A stretch of DNA of 38,749 bases from Octopus bimaculoides. Lineage: Eukaryota. The position numbers and the translations under genes are program-made. Shown here in pieces: positions 11,591 through 23,792 of the stretch (the stretch's first letter is position 1; every line of letters starts with the position of its first letter). The notes under the pieces are model-generated. The model was not told the DNA's origin. It made no database searches and saw only the letters and a program-made list of their open reading frames with translations. The DNA lies in the NCBI RefSeq assembly GCF_001194135.2, contig NC_068981.1, positions 23,583,250 to 23,621,998 of the forward strand, in the 5' to 3' direction.

Positions 11591-11947
11591 TTACCTCCGC
11601 ATTCACTAAGGCGGGGGTATTGTTTTTAGTTGCGTTTGTGTGTTTTGCTTGTCCGTGGACACGATATCTCATGAACCATTGGATGGATTCGGATGAAACT
11701 TTCAGGGATGTTTGGAGTCGTGAATGGCACGATCTAGTTAGATTTTGGTATCGATCCAGTACCGGACAAGGATTCTGGATTATTTTTCCCGTTTTTTTTT
11801 TTACTTAATTTTTGAGAGCGGTTGGGTTCACTTTTAGTATTCTCGTTTGTGAGAGTAGCCGAGTTTATTTCAGATATTCTCAGCTAATCGTTGAGAAGAC
11901 TTTGGTGTTGCCTTGGCAGAGGTTTCCGCTCTCTGAGTGCTCTTGTT
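11591..11947 (+). mobile_element. Non-autonomous Helentron/HINE (DINE-1-like) element
   Basis: Starts TT-ACCTCCGC with a 5' hairpin (ACCTCCGC...GCGGGGGT), has the subterminal inverted GGCAGAGGT near the 3' end, then the GCTCTCTGAGTGC hairpin and CTTGTT. This is the typical HINE architecture in a T-rich site. Confidence 0.8.
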
Positions 11948-12286
11948 ATAATAGATATTTAACTGAATTCACTATAATATTTTTCGTCTTTCTTTAATAG
12001 TAAATGAAAGTCATAAAATTCCAATGTATTCATATTTAAATAAATTTTAATTAAATTAACAAGTTCAAGAAGAAACCACCATCAAATGTGGAAAAAATAA
12101 AAGAATCTATTCTACATTTTATATTTCATCACCTTTCTCTTTCTGCTTGTCTGTCTGTTTCTTTCTCACTTTCCCTCTCTCTTCGCTGTGGTTTGCAAGA
12201 AAGAAAATATAAAGAATCTATTAACTTTCTTATTTCGTAAAAACTCTCTCGCTCTTTCTTGGTTCTCATGCACTAAAAATCAACAT

Positions 12287-12328
12287 CGTACTGAAGAAGT
12301 CCAGTTTGCACCGAAATACGTATATGCA
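12287..12328 (+). ncRNA. Decayed hammerhead-like motif
   Basis: CGTA-CTGAAGA-A-GTCCAGTTTGCACC-GAAA-TACGTA. The core boxes are intact, but stem II pairs only if two substitutions are reverted. Confidence 0.3.
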
Positions 12329-12563
12329 ATTGGAAATTTATGGCTTTTATTGGCTACGAAGTAAATTAGACACGATTCTATATTTCAATTTTAATTACTA
12401 TAGCTACGAATTAACTGAACATAGAATAGATTTTCTCCCCTTTACAAAAACAAAATGGATGGACCATTCATAATTGTTTATCAGATGTTATTTTCCATTA
12501 ATTTTCCACATATGTGTATATATGCGCATGCACGTATACACGAATACAATATATGTCTGCGAG

Positions 12564-12564
<1 letters not shown>

Positions 12565-12621
<57 letters not shown>

Positions 12622-12641
12622 GATAAATGATTGATAGACAA

Positions 12642-12685
<44 letters not shown>
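12565..12685. repeat. (TCTA)n followed by inverted (GATA)n microsatellite
   Basis: Direct reading; the two arrays are reverse complements separated by about 20 nt. Confidence 0.95.
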
Positions 12686-13899
12686 ATACATTACGCACGC
12701 ACACACGTTTACACTTTACGCAAACATTATATTCGGACACAGCTATATACACTCGCCCCATCCACATCCGATAACACATTTACATACAACACAGTAGAAA
12801 CTTTTTACGTCAAATCAATCACATAAACACCGCTGTCACCATACTAAGACGCATACACCAATATTCACACAGCTGTCCTTAGATTACTTTAATTAATATT
12901 TATTTTTCTTCCTATTATTAATCAATTAACACATGGCCAGTTAACCTCTTCTCTAACTTTCACTCTGATATTTATTTTTGCTTCAATGACTGATTCTCTG
13001 TCTCCTTACAATGTTGTAACACCAAACAACTGTACATCTCTTGTCTCATCTCTACGCATCCACACCAGTCAACGATAATAGTGTTCTGCATCCACCAATA
13101 CCTACACCTACTACTCCCGTCTAATTAACAACTCTCCTACCCACTCTTACAACCTTCCAGTACCGTTCAATAACAGTCGCATAAATATTGCTTATAATAT
13201 CCCTGAAATAACGTTCTATTACACACACACAGGCGCGCGCGCGGTGTAATATTTATATATAATTATTCAGAAAAACAATAAAACATTAATTAAAGTATAA
13301 TATTTATATTGCTTTAACATGGAAACGTTTGACAGTGATTTTCCTCTTAGTTTCTTCCCGTGCTCTGTTTATTAGGAAATCTATGATAAATTTAATGTAA
13401 TTAGTTCACAATTTACAACTCTTGTGCTGTAGAGAATAAACAAATATATATATTCATGTTGCTATTCCTTTTGCACAAAGAAACAGAAAGAAGATTATTC
13501 TGACATGTTTCATAGTTGATTGGCCACTCCTCAGAGAATAGTACCCGACGTTATCTTAGCCACAAGTGAAATGAATAGCCAACTCTATTTAAAACACAAA
13601 ATAGCAAATGGATGAAATTGCTAAACTAATTTGCTTATCATCAATTTGTCCGTGATGTAATTAAATGATTAATAAATATTCTAAGCGCTTGCAGGCTGTA
13701 TTGAAAAATCTAAGACAAGTAGAATGCAGTTAGCTTATACATTTTAACGTAGAATTTATCTCTGAATTAAGTAAACAAGTGTAAATATGTGTTGTTAATT
13801 TTCTTGAACAAAGAAGAATGAAAGAAATTAATTTGACCACTACTCGGGGGATAAGTACTCCTCATTTCCTTGGCTGCGTTATATACTGCCACTAGTATG

Positions 13900-14060
13900 G
13901 TGAAGAGTGAGCCTAGCACAGGGAGTGGCAGGAGTAGTAGGACAATAGACTAAATGTTATGCGGTATTTAGTTTTAATACCTTTACATTCTGAGTTCAAA
14001 CACTACTCAGACTGACATCACATTTCCTTCTTGCATAGTCAATAGAATATGTAAGTAAAT
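13900..14060 (+). mobile_element. Highly diverged SINE family C copy
   Basis: GGCAGGAGTAGTAG...AAATGTTATGCGGTATT...ACATTCTGAGTTCAAA matches the A/B-box head of the other family C copies. Confidence 0.5.
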
Positions 14061-14449
14061 ATTTTGATATATTTACGCAGATTACCATTCTGGTTTTCAC
14101 AACTTTTGAAATGTGTTATTTCAATTTCCGGGTTTCAGTATGAGAAAGGTACATGTAATTTTTTTTTTTTCACTCCTTTCCCAAATTGTTCACACTTGTT
14201 AAAATTGGAAAACATTTTCACTAATGGATGGAAAAGTATATAAATAGATAACTGCACATACAAACATCATTGTTTTTTTCAGCATGAATGTAAACAATGA
14301 GAGAATTACATCAATGACCAGTGACGTCACCTAAGAAAATAAAAAAAATGTTGAAACGCAAAAAGCTGCTGGGGAAGTGGATCTATAGGACTGCCAGACT
14401 CCAAACTAATAAAACTTCCTGTGAACCATTTCTTACCATTAAGTTCTGG

Positions 14450-14536
14450 TAACATTGGTTACAAATTTTGGTGCAAGTCCAGAAATTTCGGGGGAAAGGC
14501 TGAGTCGATTATATCGATTCTTATGCTCTACTGGTA
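14450..14536 (-). mobile_element. SINE family C 3' fragment
   Basis: GCAAGTCCAGAAATTTCGGGGGAAAGG...GTCGATTATATCGA...CTGGTAC is similar to the family C ends at 23425 and 34715. Confidence 0.6.
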
Positions 14537-14902
14537 CTCTTTTACTTGTTTCAGTCATTTAACTGCGGCTATGCTGGAGTACCACCTTTATAGTCGAGCA
14601 AACCGACCCCAGTACTTATTCTTTGTAAGCCTAGTACTTATTCTATCAGTCTCTTTTGTCAAGCGATGCTGGGGGGACAAACACAGACACACAAACATAT
14701 ACATACACATACATATACATACATATATACATATATATGACGGGCTTCTTTCAGTTTCCGTCTACCAAATCCACTCACAAGGCTTTGGTCGGCCCGAGGC
14801 TATAGAAGAAGACACTTGCCCAAGGTGCCACGCAGTTGGACTGAACCCAGAACCATGTGGTTGGTAGGCAAGCTACTTACCACACAGCCACTCCTGCGCC
14901 TA
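14537..14902 (-). mobile_element. tRNA-derived SINE family A (octopus OR/CORE-like), near full length, with an internal ~50-bp deletion
   Basis: Minus strand: ATAGGCGCAGGAGTGGCTGTGTGGTAAG head, GGTTCAGTCC B-box, CCTTGGGCAAGTG CORE-like box, internal (TA/TG)n, tail GACTGAAACAAGTAAAAGAGT. Confidence 0.9.
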
Positions 14903-14911
14903 TAGTGTGGG

Positions 14912-14997
14912 ACGCTTACAGTGCCTAGATTTCCCAAGCGGTCACCATCTAAGTACTCACTAGGCTCGACGTTGCTCTCAGCGTGATATGGCCGTAC
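14912..14997 (-). pseudogene. 5S rRNA-derived copy with an internal ~31-nt deletion
   Basis: Minus strand GTACGGCCATATCACGCTGAGAGCA|ACGTCGAGCCTAGTGAGTACTTAGATGGTGACCGCTTGGGAAATCTAGGCACTGTAAGC matches both ends of metazoan 5S rRNA, with the middle lost between two AGCA repeats. Confidence 0.85.
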
Positions 14998-15087
14998 TTA
15001 TTTTATCGTAAAATGACTAACATTGCTTTTCTCTCCATTACTACTGATAAAATAGTCGCCCTTCGTTTACAAGGGTAGAGCAAATTG

Positions 15088-15131
15088 AATATAATATAGA
15101 ATATAATATAGAATATAATATAGAATATAAC
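15088..15131. repeat. 12-bp minisatellite (AATATAATATAG)n
   Basis: About 3.5 direct copies. Confidence 0.9.
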
Positions 15132-16140
15132 TTGTATTGTTGTGCCTCCCACCAGAACGAAAGCAAGCAAAATTCTTATTATTAATAGTAAAAGCAAAAT
15201 ATTTTTACTAGTAGAAGAAACTTCTTTTCTTGGGATGCGTGAAAAAAATTATCAAAGGTGAGAGAACGAATGGTAGTGGAAAAGTGAATTGCTAAACCCT
15301 AGAATATAACTCGTGGCGTGTCATCATGTCGCCTTATCTTTTGAATTCAAATCNNNNNNNNNNNNNNNNNNNNNNNNNNNNNNNNNNNNNNNNNNNNNNN
15401 NNNNNNNNNNNNNNNNNNNNNNNNNNNNNNNNNNNNNNNNNNNNNNNNNNNNNNNNNNNNNNNNNNNNNNNNNNNNNNNNNNNNNNNNNNNNNNNNNNNN
15501 NNNNNNNNNNNNNNNNNNNNNNNNNNNNNNNNNNNNNNNNNNNNNNNNNNNNNNNNNNNNNNNNNNNNNNNNNNNNNNNNNNNGTGTCAATAAAATGTAT
15601 ACCCTACAAATACTGGGACTGGGTTTATATAATCAACTATAAATTACCTCTAAAAGTGTTACCCTAGTTCATATGTTGGACGAAAATGAGAAGAATGACT
15701 TGTTTGCAGATACAATATCAATGAATTAAATACTTTACAGCATTTAGAATATTATGGTTTGCATGAAGTATTGCAGTGTGAAATGTGTGAATAATATATT
15801 TAAACAATGCAGGTGAAAAGTTTGCGAAATACGTAAAGTGATTCCAATGAATGAATAACAAAAAAAAAAAAAAAAAAAAAGATAATGTATTTCCTTGCAT
15901 TGGTTATTTAATGATTTTGGGAATGATTCCTCTTGTCAACTGAGAGAAAATCCAAGAGTTCGGAGAAGATTGTTATTACTGGTTGGCCTTTAAGGCAATG
16001 TGATATCTACGATTTGTTTTTATTTATTGACTTAACCTTACATTAACTTCACACCAGCATTGCTTGAAGATATTTTAAAATATTTATTTCATTTATCATA
16101 TTTAATTTCTTCTTTGTTTTCAACACCCGCTTGAGCTCAA

Positions 16141-16273
16141 TTCTTCTTCTTCTTCTTCTTCTTCTTCTTCTTCTTCTTCTTCTTCTTCTTCTTCTTCTTC
16201 TTCTTCTTCTTCTTCTTCTTCTTCTTCTTCTTCTTCTTCTTCTTCTTCTTCTTCTTCTTCTTCTTCTTCTTCT
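16141..16273. repeat. (TTC)n microsatellite
   Basis: Pure run; explains the poly-Leu ORF. Confidence 0.98.
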
Positions 16274-16385
16274 CGAAGCTCACAATGCTTCTATTTATAA
16301 AACGATAGGATAGCATTTGACGTCAATGTGATGGCTAATGCTGGCAAAACGAATACAGAGATTCCGATTAAAATTGATACACGAA

Positions 16386-16612
16386 AAGGTGCGAGCTGGC
16401 AGAATAATTAAAGCTTCGTGCACCATGCTCAACGGTATTTTTCCGGCTCTTGAGGTTCTTGTTTCAAATCTCCCCAGGGTCAACTTTGTCTTTCGTCTTT
16501 CACGGTCAATAAAATAAAGTACCTGTCAAATATTGGCCTTGAATGTACCCACTAACCTCCTCCTGTAAAAAAATTACTGGACTTGTGCCTAAATCAGAAA
16601 CCATTGTATTAG
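16386..16612 (+). mobile_element. tRNA-derived SINE family C
   Basis: AAGGTGCGAGCTGGCAGAAT head, GTTTCAAATC B-box, GTCAACTTTGTCTTTC...GGTCAATAAAATAAAGTACC central box, CTTGTGCC tail. Confidence 0.75.
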
Positions 16613-16636
16613 TTACACAAGTTAGCAGGATTAGAG

Positions 16637-16690
16637 CAGTGCTACACAAAGTGGTGGTGCGCGGACTGGTGCCGGTCCGCGGCGAGTTTC
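16637..16690 (+). mobile_element. hAT-Charlie-like terminal fragment
   Basis: CAGTGCTACACAAAGTGGTGGTGCGCGGACTGGTGCCGGTCCGCGG resembles Charlie/MER5-type termini and is preceded by GATTAGAG (TAGA-core target). The other end was not found. Confidence 0.5.
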
Positions 16691-16818
16691 CAGAAAAGAA
16701 AGAAACAGTAGCATAATTTCAGTAATTTCGCCTTATGCACCTTAGTTAACAGCTTATCAACGAGATGGTGGTGAGTAGTACTCACCCACCGAGGTAGAGA
16801 TTGTGTCAGTAAAGGTAT

Positions 16819-17350
16819 TCTTTTACTCTTTTATTCTTTTATTTGACTGCGGCCATGCTGGAGCACCGCCTTTAGTCGAGAAATCGGCCCCATTTGTAAG
16901 CCTAGTACTTATTCTATCGGTCACTTTTTGCCGAACCGCTAAGTTACGGGGACGTAAACACACCAGCATCGGTTATCAAGCGATGTTGAGGGGCACAGAT
17001 NNNNNNNNNNNNNNNNNNNNNNNNNNNNNNNNNNNNNNNNNNNNNNNNNNNNNNNNNNNNNNNNNNNNNNNNNNNNNNNNNNNNNNNNNNNNNNNNNNNN
17101 NNNNNNNNNNNNNNNNNNNNNNNNNNNNNNNNNNNNNNNNNNNNNNNNNNNNNNNNNNNNNNNNNNNNNNNNNNNNNNNNNNNNNNTATATATACGACGG
17201 GCTTCTTTCAGTTTCCGTCTACCAAATCAACTCACAAGGCTTTGGTCGGCCCGAGGCTATAGTAGAAGACACTTGCCCTAGGTGCCACGCAGTGGGACTG
17301 AACCCGGAACCATGTGGTTGGTAAGCAAGCTACTTACCACACACCCACTC
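16819..17350 (-). mobile_element. SINE family A, full length, internal microsatellite replaced by a gap
   Basis: Head at 17206-17350 and tail at 16819-17000 match the copies at 14537 and 30611. Confidence 0.9.
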
Positions 17351-18696
17351 ATACGATATGACAATATATTTTCTCTTTACCATAGCTTACTGGTGTGGCA
17401 TTAATATTATATTAGTGTTTGCGCTTATAGAAAGGAAGTTGTTTCTAGCGATGTGGAGAGATCGAAAGGGAGTGAGTTGAGGTAGCGGAGCTCTGGTAAG
17501 AAATATTACCTGTCCCTGGCGCATTGGAAAGGAAAAACCCAGTGGTACGCCACATCAGACAGTTTGGGAAGCACTGGGCTAGAGGACATATTGACCAAAA
17601 TGTTCTGATAGCATTTTGTCTCACATCTCTACTTTTTTTGTTTAGTTCAATTCCTGCAAAAGCCGCTCTTGATTATTCTTTTGTCGGGAGCCATGAAATA
17701 TGTAAGTACCAGTAATATACAACTATCGATTCATGTAGCTGTGTCACTCTCCAATCAAATATTACTTCTGTGTCATGTGAATAAATAAATAGATATTTTC
17801 CTGAAGCAATTAAAATCTTTGAACCAACGAATGAGAGCACATATAGAAATTAGATCATTACAATAAAATTAATATGGTACATTTGGTGTGTAGTAATGGA
17901 ATATCGATTCATCGGATTGTGTGTGCACGTGGATGTGTATGCGTGTGTGTGTGTGTGTCTGTGTTTGTGTGGGTGTGTGAATATAATTATGAGTGTATGA
18001 TTGTGAATTTGTGAAAGGATCTCTGTATGTATATCGATGTCTTCTAAGTATTTGTATGCGAAAGCATATATGTGTATGAATATTTGTGCATTTACGCGTT
18101 ACGTTCGGAATATTCTTGTGACTCTGCATGTGTATTCACACGTTACGCCCTCTATGCCTCTGCACGCGCGCGCGTTTCTGCATGTGAGCATATTATTATG
18201 AATTTGTAACTAGATTTATATATATATATATATATATATATATCAGCATATATCTCCGTATATAAGAATGTGTGAAAGGGTCTCTCTTCATGTGTGCGTT
18301 GTGCGTGTGTATGTATATATTACAGAGTGTATGAGTGCATATGAAATTCTGTGTCTGTGTGTGTGCTTTCGTATTTATGTATAAAGTCATTTCTGTTGTA
18401 TGAGTGTGTATATGTGTGCTTGCATTTGTGTGCGCAAGGACATTAACCTTAGACTGTAGTTGCACGTATGTTCAAGTATCTATATACATTAGTTGTGGCA
18501 TGTTCTTGTTACAATAAATGTGCTTATGTACATGTATTGAACAGAGAGACCGTATATATACGTACGCATAACTATGTTTGTATGCATCAGTTTATGTTCT
18601 AGCGTTTATATATTTATGCCAGTGATGTAGGGCGTATAGATAAATACACGTTGAATATTACCGTATTCCTACCTATGTGTGTGTGAATGTGTGAAT

Positions 18697-18747
<51 letters not shown>

Positions 18748-18894
18748 TATGTGTTTGCGTGTGAATTAGTTGCTATGTATAGATGGATGTGTGAAACGTA
18801 CATAAGTCCATTTTGTTCTGCCTAATTGCGACCTACATCAAACAGAGTGAATGAGAAATCCGATATCTAATAAAATTAATAAAAATAACATTAA

Positions 18895-18926
18895 TAATAA
18901 TGGTAGTAGTAGGAGTAGTAGTAGTT

Positions 18927-18968
<42 letters not shown>

Positions 18969-19020
18969 ACAGCAGCAGAAGTAGTAGTAGTAGTAGTATT
19001 AGTAGTAGTAGCAGCAGCAT
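18895..19020. repeat. (TAG)n/(CAG)n microsatellite
   Basis: Direct run. Confidence 0.95.
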
Positions 19021-19109
19021 CTGCAGTGTATGTGTGTATGCATACATGTGTGTAAGTCAAACCTGTATTTATACATACACATATGTATGTATGTATGTAT
19101 GTATGATAA

Positions 19110-19142
<33 letters not shown>

Positions 19143-19222
19143 GATAGATAGATATATATATATATATATACACACACACATTCAGATGTATATATGCATA
19201 CATATGTAGACATACACAATGC

Positions 19223-19264
<42 letters not shown>

Positions 19265-19509
19265 GCATGTACGTACATATATGTATGTATATACATATAT
19301 ATGTAAATATATACATGCAAATATATACGAGTATACAAGCATATATTTATATGTATATATGAATATATATATGCATGTATATTTGTATATATATATATAT
19401 TACACTTATACATATACATATATGCATGCATATATATATATATTTATACATATATACATACATATATATATATATATGTGTGTATATATGTATATATATN
19501 NNNNNNNNN

Positions 19510-19550
<41 letters not shown>

Positions 19551-20042
19551 CACACACACGCATATGCATATACATCTAATGAAAAGGTTAATACGATTAA
19601 AAAAAAAACACACATAAAAAAGCTATCTGCTAAAATGTCAGAATTGGCAAGAGATTATTAATACGAAGCTGATATGTTTTAGTAGAACAAGCTCTGTTGT
19701 AATGATCTATTTAATGTGAAGAGTTATATCAATAGGGTTCATATATAATAATTTGATATAAATATATGTAAGCATTTATTGTCGCTGACTTACTAAACTG
19801 GCACGCGTGACAACATATGGTCACATATAGATGAACATTTTTGTATGGGCACACGTGTTCGTAAGTATGTCATGGAACTATGTGAATGTATGTTATATAT
19901 GTATGCATATAAAAATACATATACTATATAACATATATATATATAAGCAGATATATAATGTCTATACATATATGTCTGTCTCTGTGTGTACGTGTATACA
20001 AACACACATATATATAAATATATATTATATATTACATATATT

Positions 20043-20098
<56 letters not shown>

Positions 20099-20102
<4 letters not shown>

Positions 20103-20256
20103 GGAGCATGGCTCAGTGATTAGTGCGCCGGGCGCACAATCATGAGGTAGTGAGTTCGATTCCCGCACCGGCCTATGGTTTGTGTTCTTGAGCAAGACAC
20201 TTTTTTCATTTTATGTTGCTCCGGTTCACTCAGCCGCAGAAATAAGTTGCGACGTT
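20099..20256 (+). mobile_element. tRNA-derived SINE family B, 5' head, cut by a gap
   Basis: GGAGCATGGCTCAGTGATTAG (A-box), GAGTTCGATTCCC (B-box), then CTTGAGCAAGACAC and GTTGCTCCGGTTCACTCAGC. Confidence 0.85.
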
Positions 20257-21036
20257 NNNNNNNNNNNNNNNNNNNNNNNNNNNNNNNNNNNNNNNNNNNN
20301 NNNNNNNNNNNNNNNNNNNNNNNNNNNNNNNNNNNNNNNNNNNNNNNNNNNNNNNNNNNNNNNNNNNNNNNNNNNNNNNNNNNNNNNNNNNNNNNNNNNN
20401 NNNNNNNNNNNNNNNNNNNNNNNNNNNNNNNNNNNNNNNNNNNNNNNNNNNNNNNNNNNNNNNNNNNNNNNNNNNNNNNNNNNNNNNNNNNNNNNNNNNN
20501 NNNNNNNNNNNNNNNNNNNNNNNNNNNNNNNNNNNNNNNNNNNNNNNNNNNNNNNNNNNNNNNNNNNNNNNNNNNNNNNNNNNNNNNNNNNNNNNNNNNN
20601 NNNNNNNNNNNNNNNNNNNNNNNNNNNNNNNNNNNNNNNNNNNNNNNNNNNNNNNNNNNNNNNNNNNNNNNNNNNNNNNNNNNNNNNNNNNNNNNNNNNN
20701 NNNNNNNNNNNNNNNNNNNNNNNNNNNNNNNNNNNNNNNNNNNNNNNNNNNNNNNNNNNNNNNNNNNNNNNNNNNNNNNNNNNNNNNNNNNNNNNNNNNN
20801 NNNNNNNNNNNNNNNNNNNNNNNNNNNNNNNNNNNNNNNNNNNNNNNNNNNNNNNNNNNNNNNNNNNNNNNNNNNNNNNNNNNNNNNNNNNNNNNNNNNN
20901 NNNNNNNNNNNNNNNNNNNNNNNNNNNNNNNNNNNNNNNNNNNNNNNNNNNNNNNNNNNNNNNNNNNNNNNNNNNNNNNNNNNNNNNNNNNNNNNNNNNN
21001 NNNNNNNNNNNNNNNNNNNNNNNNNNNNNNNNNNNN

Positions 21037-21079
<43 letters not shown>

Positions 21080-21289
21080 CCATACATATATTTATATACA
21101 GATATGAGTGTGTGTCTTGTGGGTGGATGTGCGTGTATACCTGCATCCATACATACATACAGGGTGTAACTTGTGAATACACAAGCAGACTCACAAGATC
21201 ATATATGAACGTATGTATACATAAAAGATAAGACAAAAGAAGACACCTACAGACGAAGTTGACTATATTAAGACTAATAGTTCAAAAGA

Positions 21290-21540
21290 ATGTTGCTGAA
21301 ACTAAAACATGAATACAGCTACACAACCGGACAGATATTGTTATGTGGAAACACAAGGAAAGTGTATGTTCAATTGAGGAAATCAAGATCCCTCTGGACA
21401 CCAATTTACTTAGAAAAATGCAAGAGAAAGATGCCATCAATGGATCATTGGTAAAGAGCTTGCAAGCCTTGTAACAAAAATACACTTCAAGTTCATACCC
21501 ATTATTATTGGGACAACAAGATACATAGGAATCCGTCTGG
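21290..21540 (+). mobile_element. R4/Dong-clade restriction-like endonuclease fragment
   Basis: HNRTDIVMWKHKESVCSIEEIKIPLDTNLLRKMQEK from 21322 (cf. HNRPDIV...C.IIDV.IP.D.N....EK), then FKFIPIIIG after a frameshift. Confidence 0.8.
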
Positions 21541-21756
21541 AGCAATGTATGCCTGAATAAAACAAGATACTTCCCTTCACAAGCTTTAAACGAAGCAGGA
21601 GGCCGATCAAAATATATTGTAAATTAAAAAAGAGGAAGAGAACACACGTAAATACAAAGGTATATAGATATATAAATATACATAGTAGATACATATATAA
21701 GTGTGTGTGTGTGTGTGCGTGCGAGTATGTGTGTGTGTGTGTGTGTGTGTGTATGT

Positions 21757-21878
21757 AGGCGCAGGCGTGGCTGTGTGATAAGAAGCACACTCCCCAACTA
21801 TATGGTTTGGGTTCAGTCTCATTGCGCAGCACTTTGAGCAAGTGTCTTCGACTATAACCTCGGGCCGACCACAGCCTT
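21757..21878 (+). mobile_element. SINE family A head fragment
   Basis: AGGCGCAGGCGTGGCTGTGTG...GGTTCAGTC...GCAAGTGTCTTC...CCTCGGGCCGACC. Confidence 0.85.
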
Positions 21879-21889
21879 CCGACTAAACT

Positions 21890-22235
21890 GGCACCCTCAC
21901 TAGGCTACTCTGGTGAGGTGGATTGCTAGAAACGAAGCAGGATTAAAATCAAGACCTGTTGAAAGGTCGGAGGAATCCAGTGCAGGTTCAACGGCTATCT
22001 AGCAATAGCACGGGTACGCAGAAATTCCGAGATGGTGGTGAAGCATGTCTCTAGAAGAAGGTCACTGAAATGAAACCAGATATGCAGGGAACGGCATTGG
22101 ACAGTTTTGGGATCTTTGTTTTGTGCCTGCAACTCATATTAGCACCAGACATCTCGCTCTGGCTTGTCTCTGCATAATGTGAATAGAGTGGATAGGGTTT
22201 ATGAGGTGTCATGCAAGCTCTAGGTCAGCAATGTT

Positions 22236-22240
<5 letters not shown>
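21890..22240 (-). mobile_element. Decayed RTE-like RT fragment
   Basis: Minus strand IADLELA* (cf. DLDFADD), followed by weak matches to the GL.IN..KTK and R...AW regions. Confidence 0.45.
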
Positions 22241-22286
<46 letters not shown>

Positions 22287-22770
22287 GGCAAATTCTTGCG
22301 TATGGTAAATACACCATTATGGGCTCAGTGGCACACTCTCTTTTATATTTGTTCTCACCGTGCAGGCGAGCGCAGGTCGGTCACTAATGTTAAGTGATTT
22401 ATTATAAGCTGCGGCTCTCTAGTCAACTCAAAGTTACTTCTATTTGGTATCTTCGACTATATAAGGCATAATGAGCCAGAAATGCATGTAGAGGACCAAG
22501 AGAGGGCGACACTGAGCTGATAACTGCGTATTTACATCTTTACTATAAGCAAGAACTTTTGTCTGTGGGAAATTGCTGTGACATTACTCTTAAAAGTTAA
22601 AATATGTTACGAACATATTTGAACTAAAATAAAGTTTGTTTATTTCCCATCACTGCGTTGTTCTATTATGTATGTATGTATGTATGCATGTATATATGTA
22701 TGTATGTATGTATATACCTATGAACGCGTGCATGTATGTATACATGCCATATAAAAATATGTATATATAC

Positions 22771-22822
<52 letters not shown>

Positions 22823-23424
22823 ATATATATGTATATGCATATATATATGCATATATATACATTTATGTATATGTATATATATATATATATCCATATATAT
22901 ACATATTTATACATATGAATATATATATGCACTCACACACATAATATATACATATTTATAGATATGCATATATATATATGTGTGTGTGTGCGTGTGTGTG
23001 TGCGTGTGTGTGTGTAAATAAGTGCATTTATTTGTGTATGTGTGTGAGTGTATGTGTATCTGTGTGACCATGACACGAATTAGGGGAACGTCTCCAATAA
23101 CCAGGAGATTAACTCCGGTCTTTCTGTTCCACTTAATACATATTCTGCAAATTATAAAATATCTAAATGTCGTATACACTGGTAAGATTTTAAATCGCTC
23201 TTTTCATAGCTTAAACATCGTAACTTCTGCGCAGGTCACTTGAAGAGCAAATGCTTGTAACATTAAACTTTTCGCTCAATCAAAGCAACCATAACTCCCA
23301 AAACAATTCCGAAATTTATTTTATTTCTCTTGCTTTCAGTCGAGATAAAACAAATACTATTTTTTATTTTTCTATTTTATTATTCTCACCCCCTATCGTG
23401 CAGTCATATGAACTAATGCGTTTC

Positions 23425-23665
23425 AGGCATAGTATATTGATTTCATATTCTGGAAGAAGGCCAGAAATTTTGAGGGAAGGGTCAAGTCGATTATATCGAT
23501 CCAAGTGTACGATTATATCGACCTCAGTGTATGATTATATCTTTCCCGATAGTACGAAAAGCAAAGTCAACCTCGACTGAATTTGAAATCAGAACATAAA
23601 GATGGACGAAATGCCGCTAAGCATTTTGTCCGGCTTGTTAACGATTCTATCAGCACTCCGTCTTG
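23425..23665 (-). mobile_element. SINE family C with an internal triplication of GATTATATC(GA)...AGTGTA
   Basis: GCAAAGTCAACCTCG...AATTTGAAATCAGAAC...GGACGAAATGCCGCTAAGCATTTTGTCCGG...AACGATTCT is the reverse complement of the family C head. Confidence 0.85.
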
Positions 23666-23792
23666 TTTCAGGCATAATATATGTTGAACTATATGGTCTA
23701 GAGTATCTCCTTCCTATTTGAGGATGCTGTATGCATTATAAATAAGAAATAGATCTCTCATTTCTAACAAGACGAGCAACCACATTCTGCGT

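Noticed and set aside
13250-13830. AT-rich unique stretch with TAAT/TGATTAAT words as a homeodomain enhancer
   Set aside because: Such words are expected by chance at this AT content, and conservation cannot be assessed from one sequence.
20099-20175. tRNA-gene-like sequence with A and B boxes
   Set aside because: It has no proper acceptor stem and continues into a SINE body, so it is a SINE head. The same applies to the heads at 30611 and 36210.
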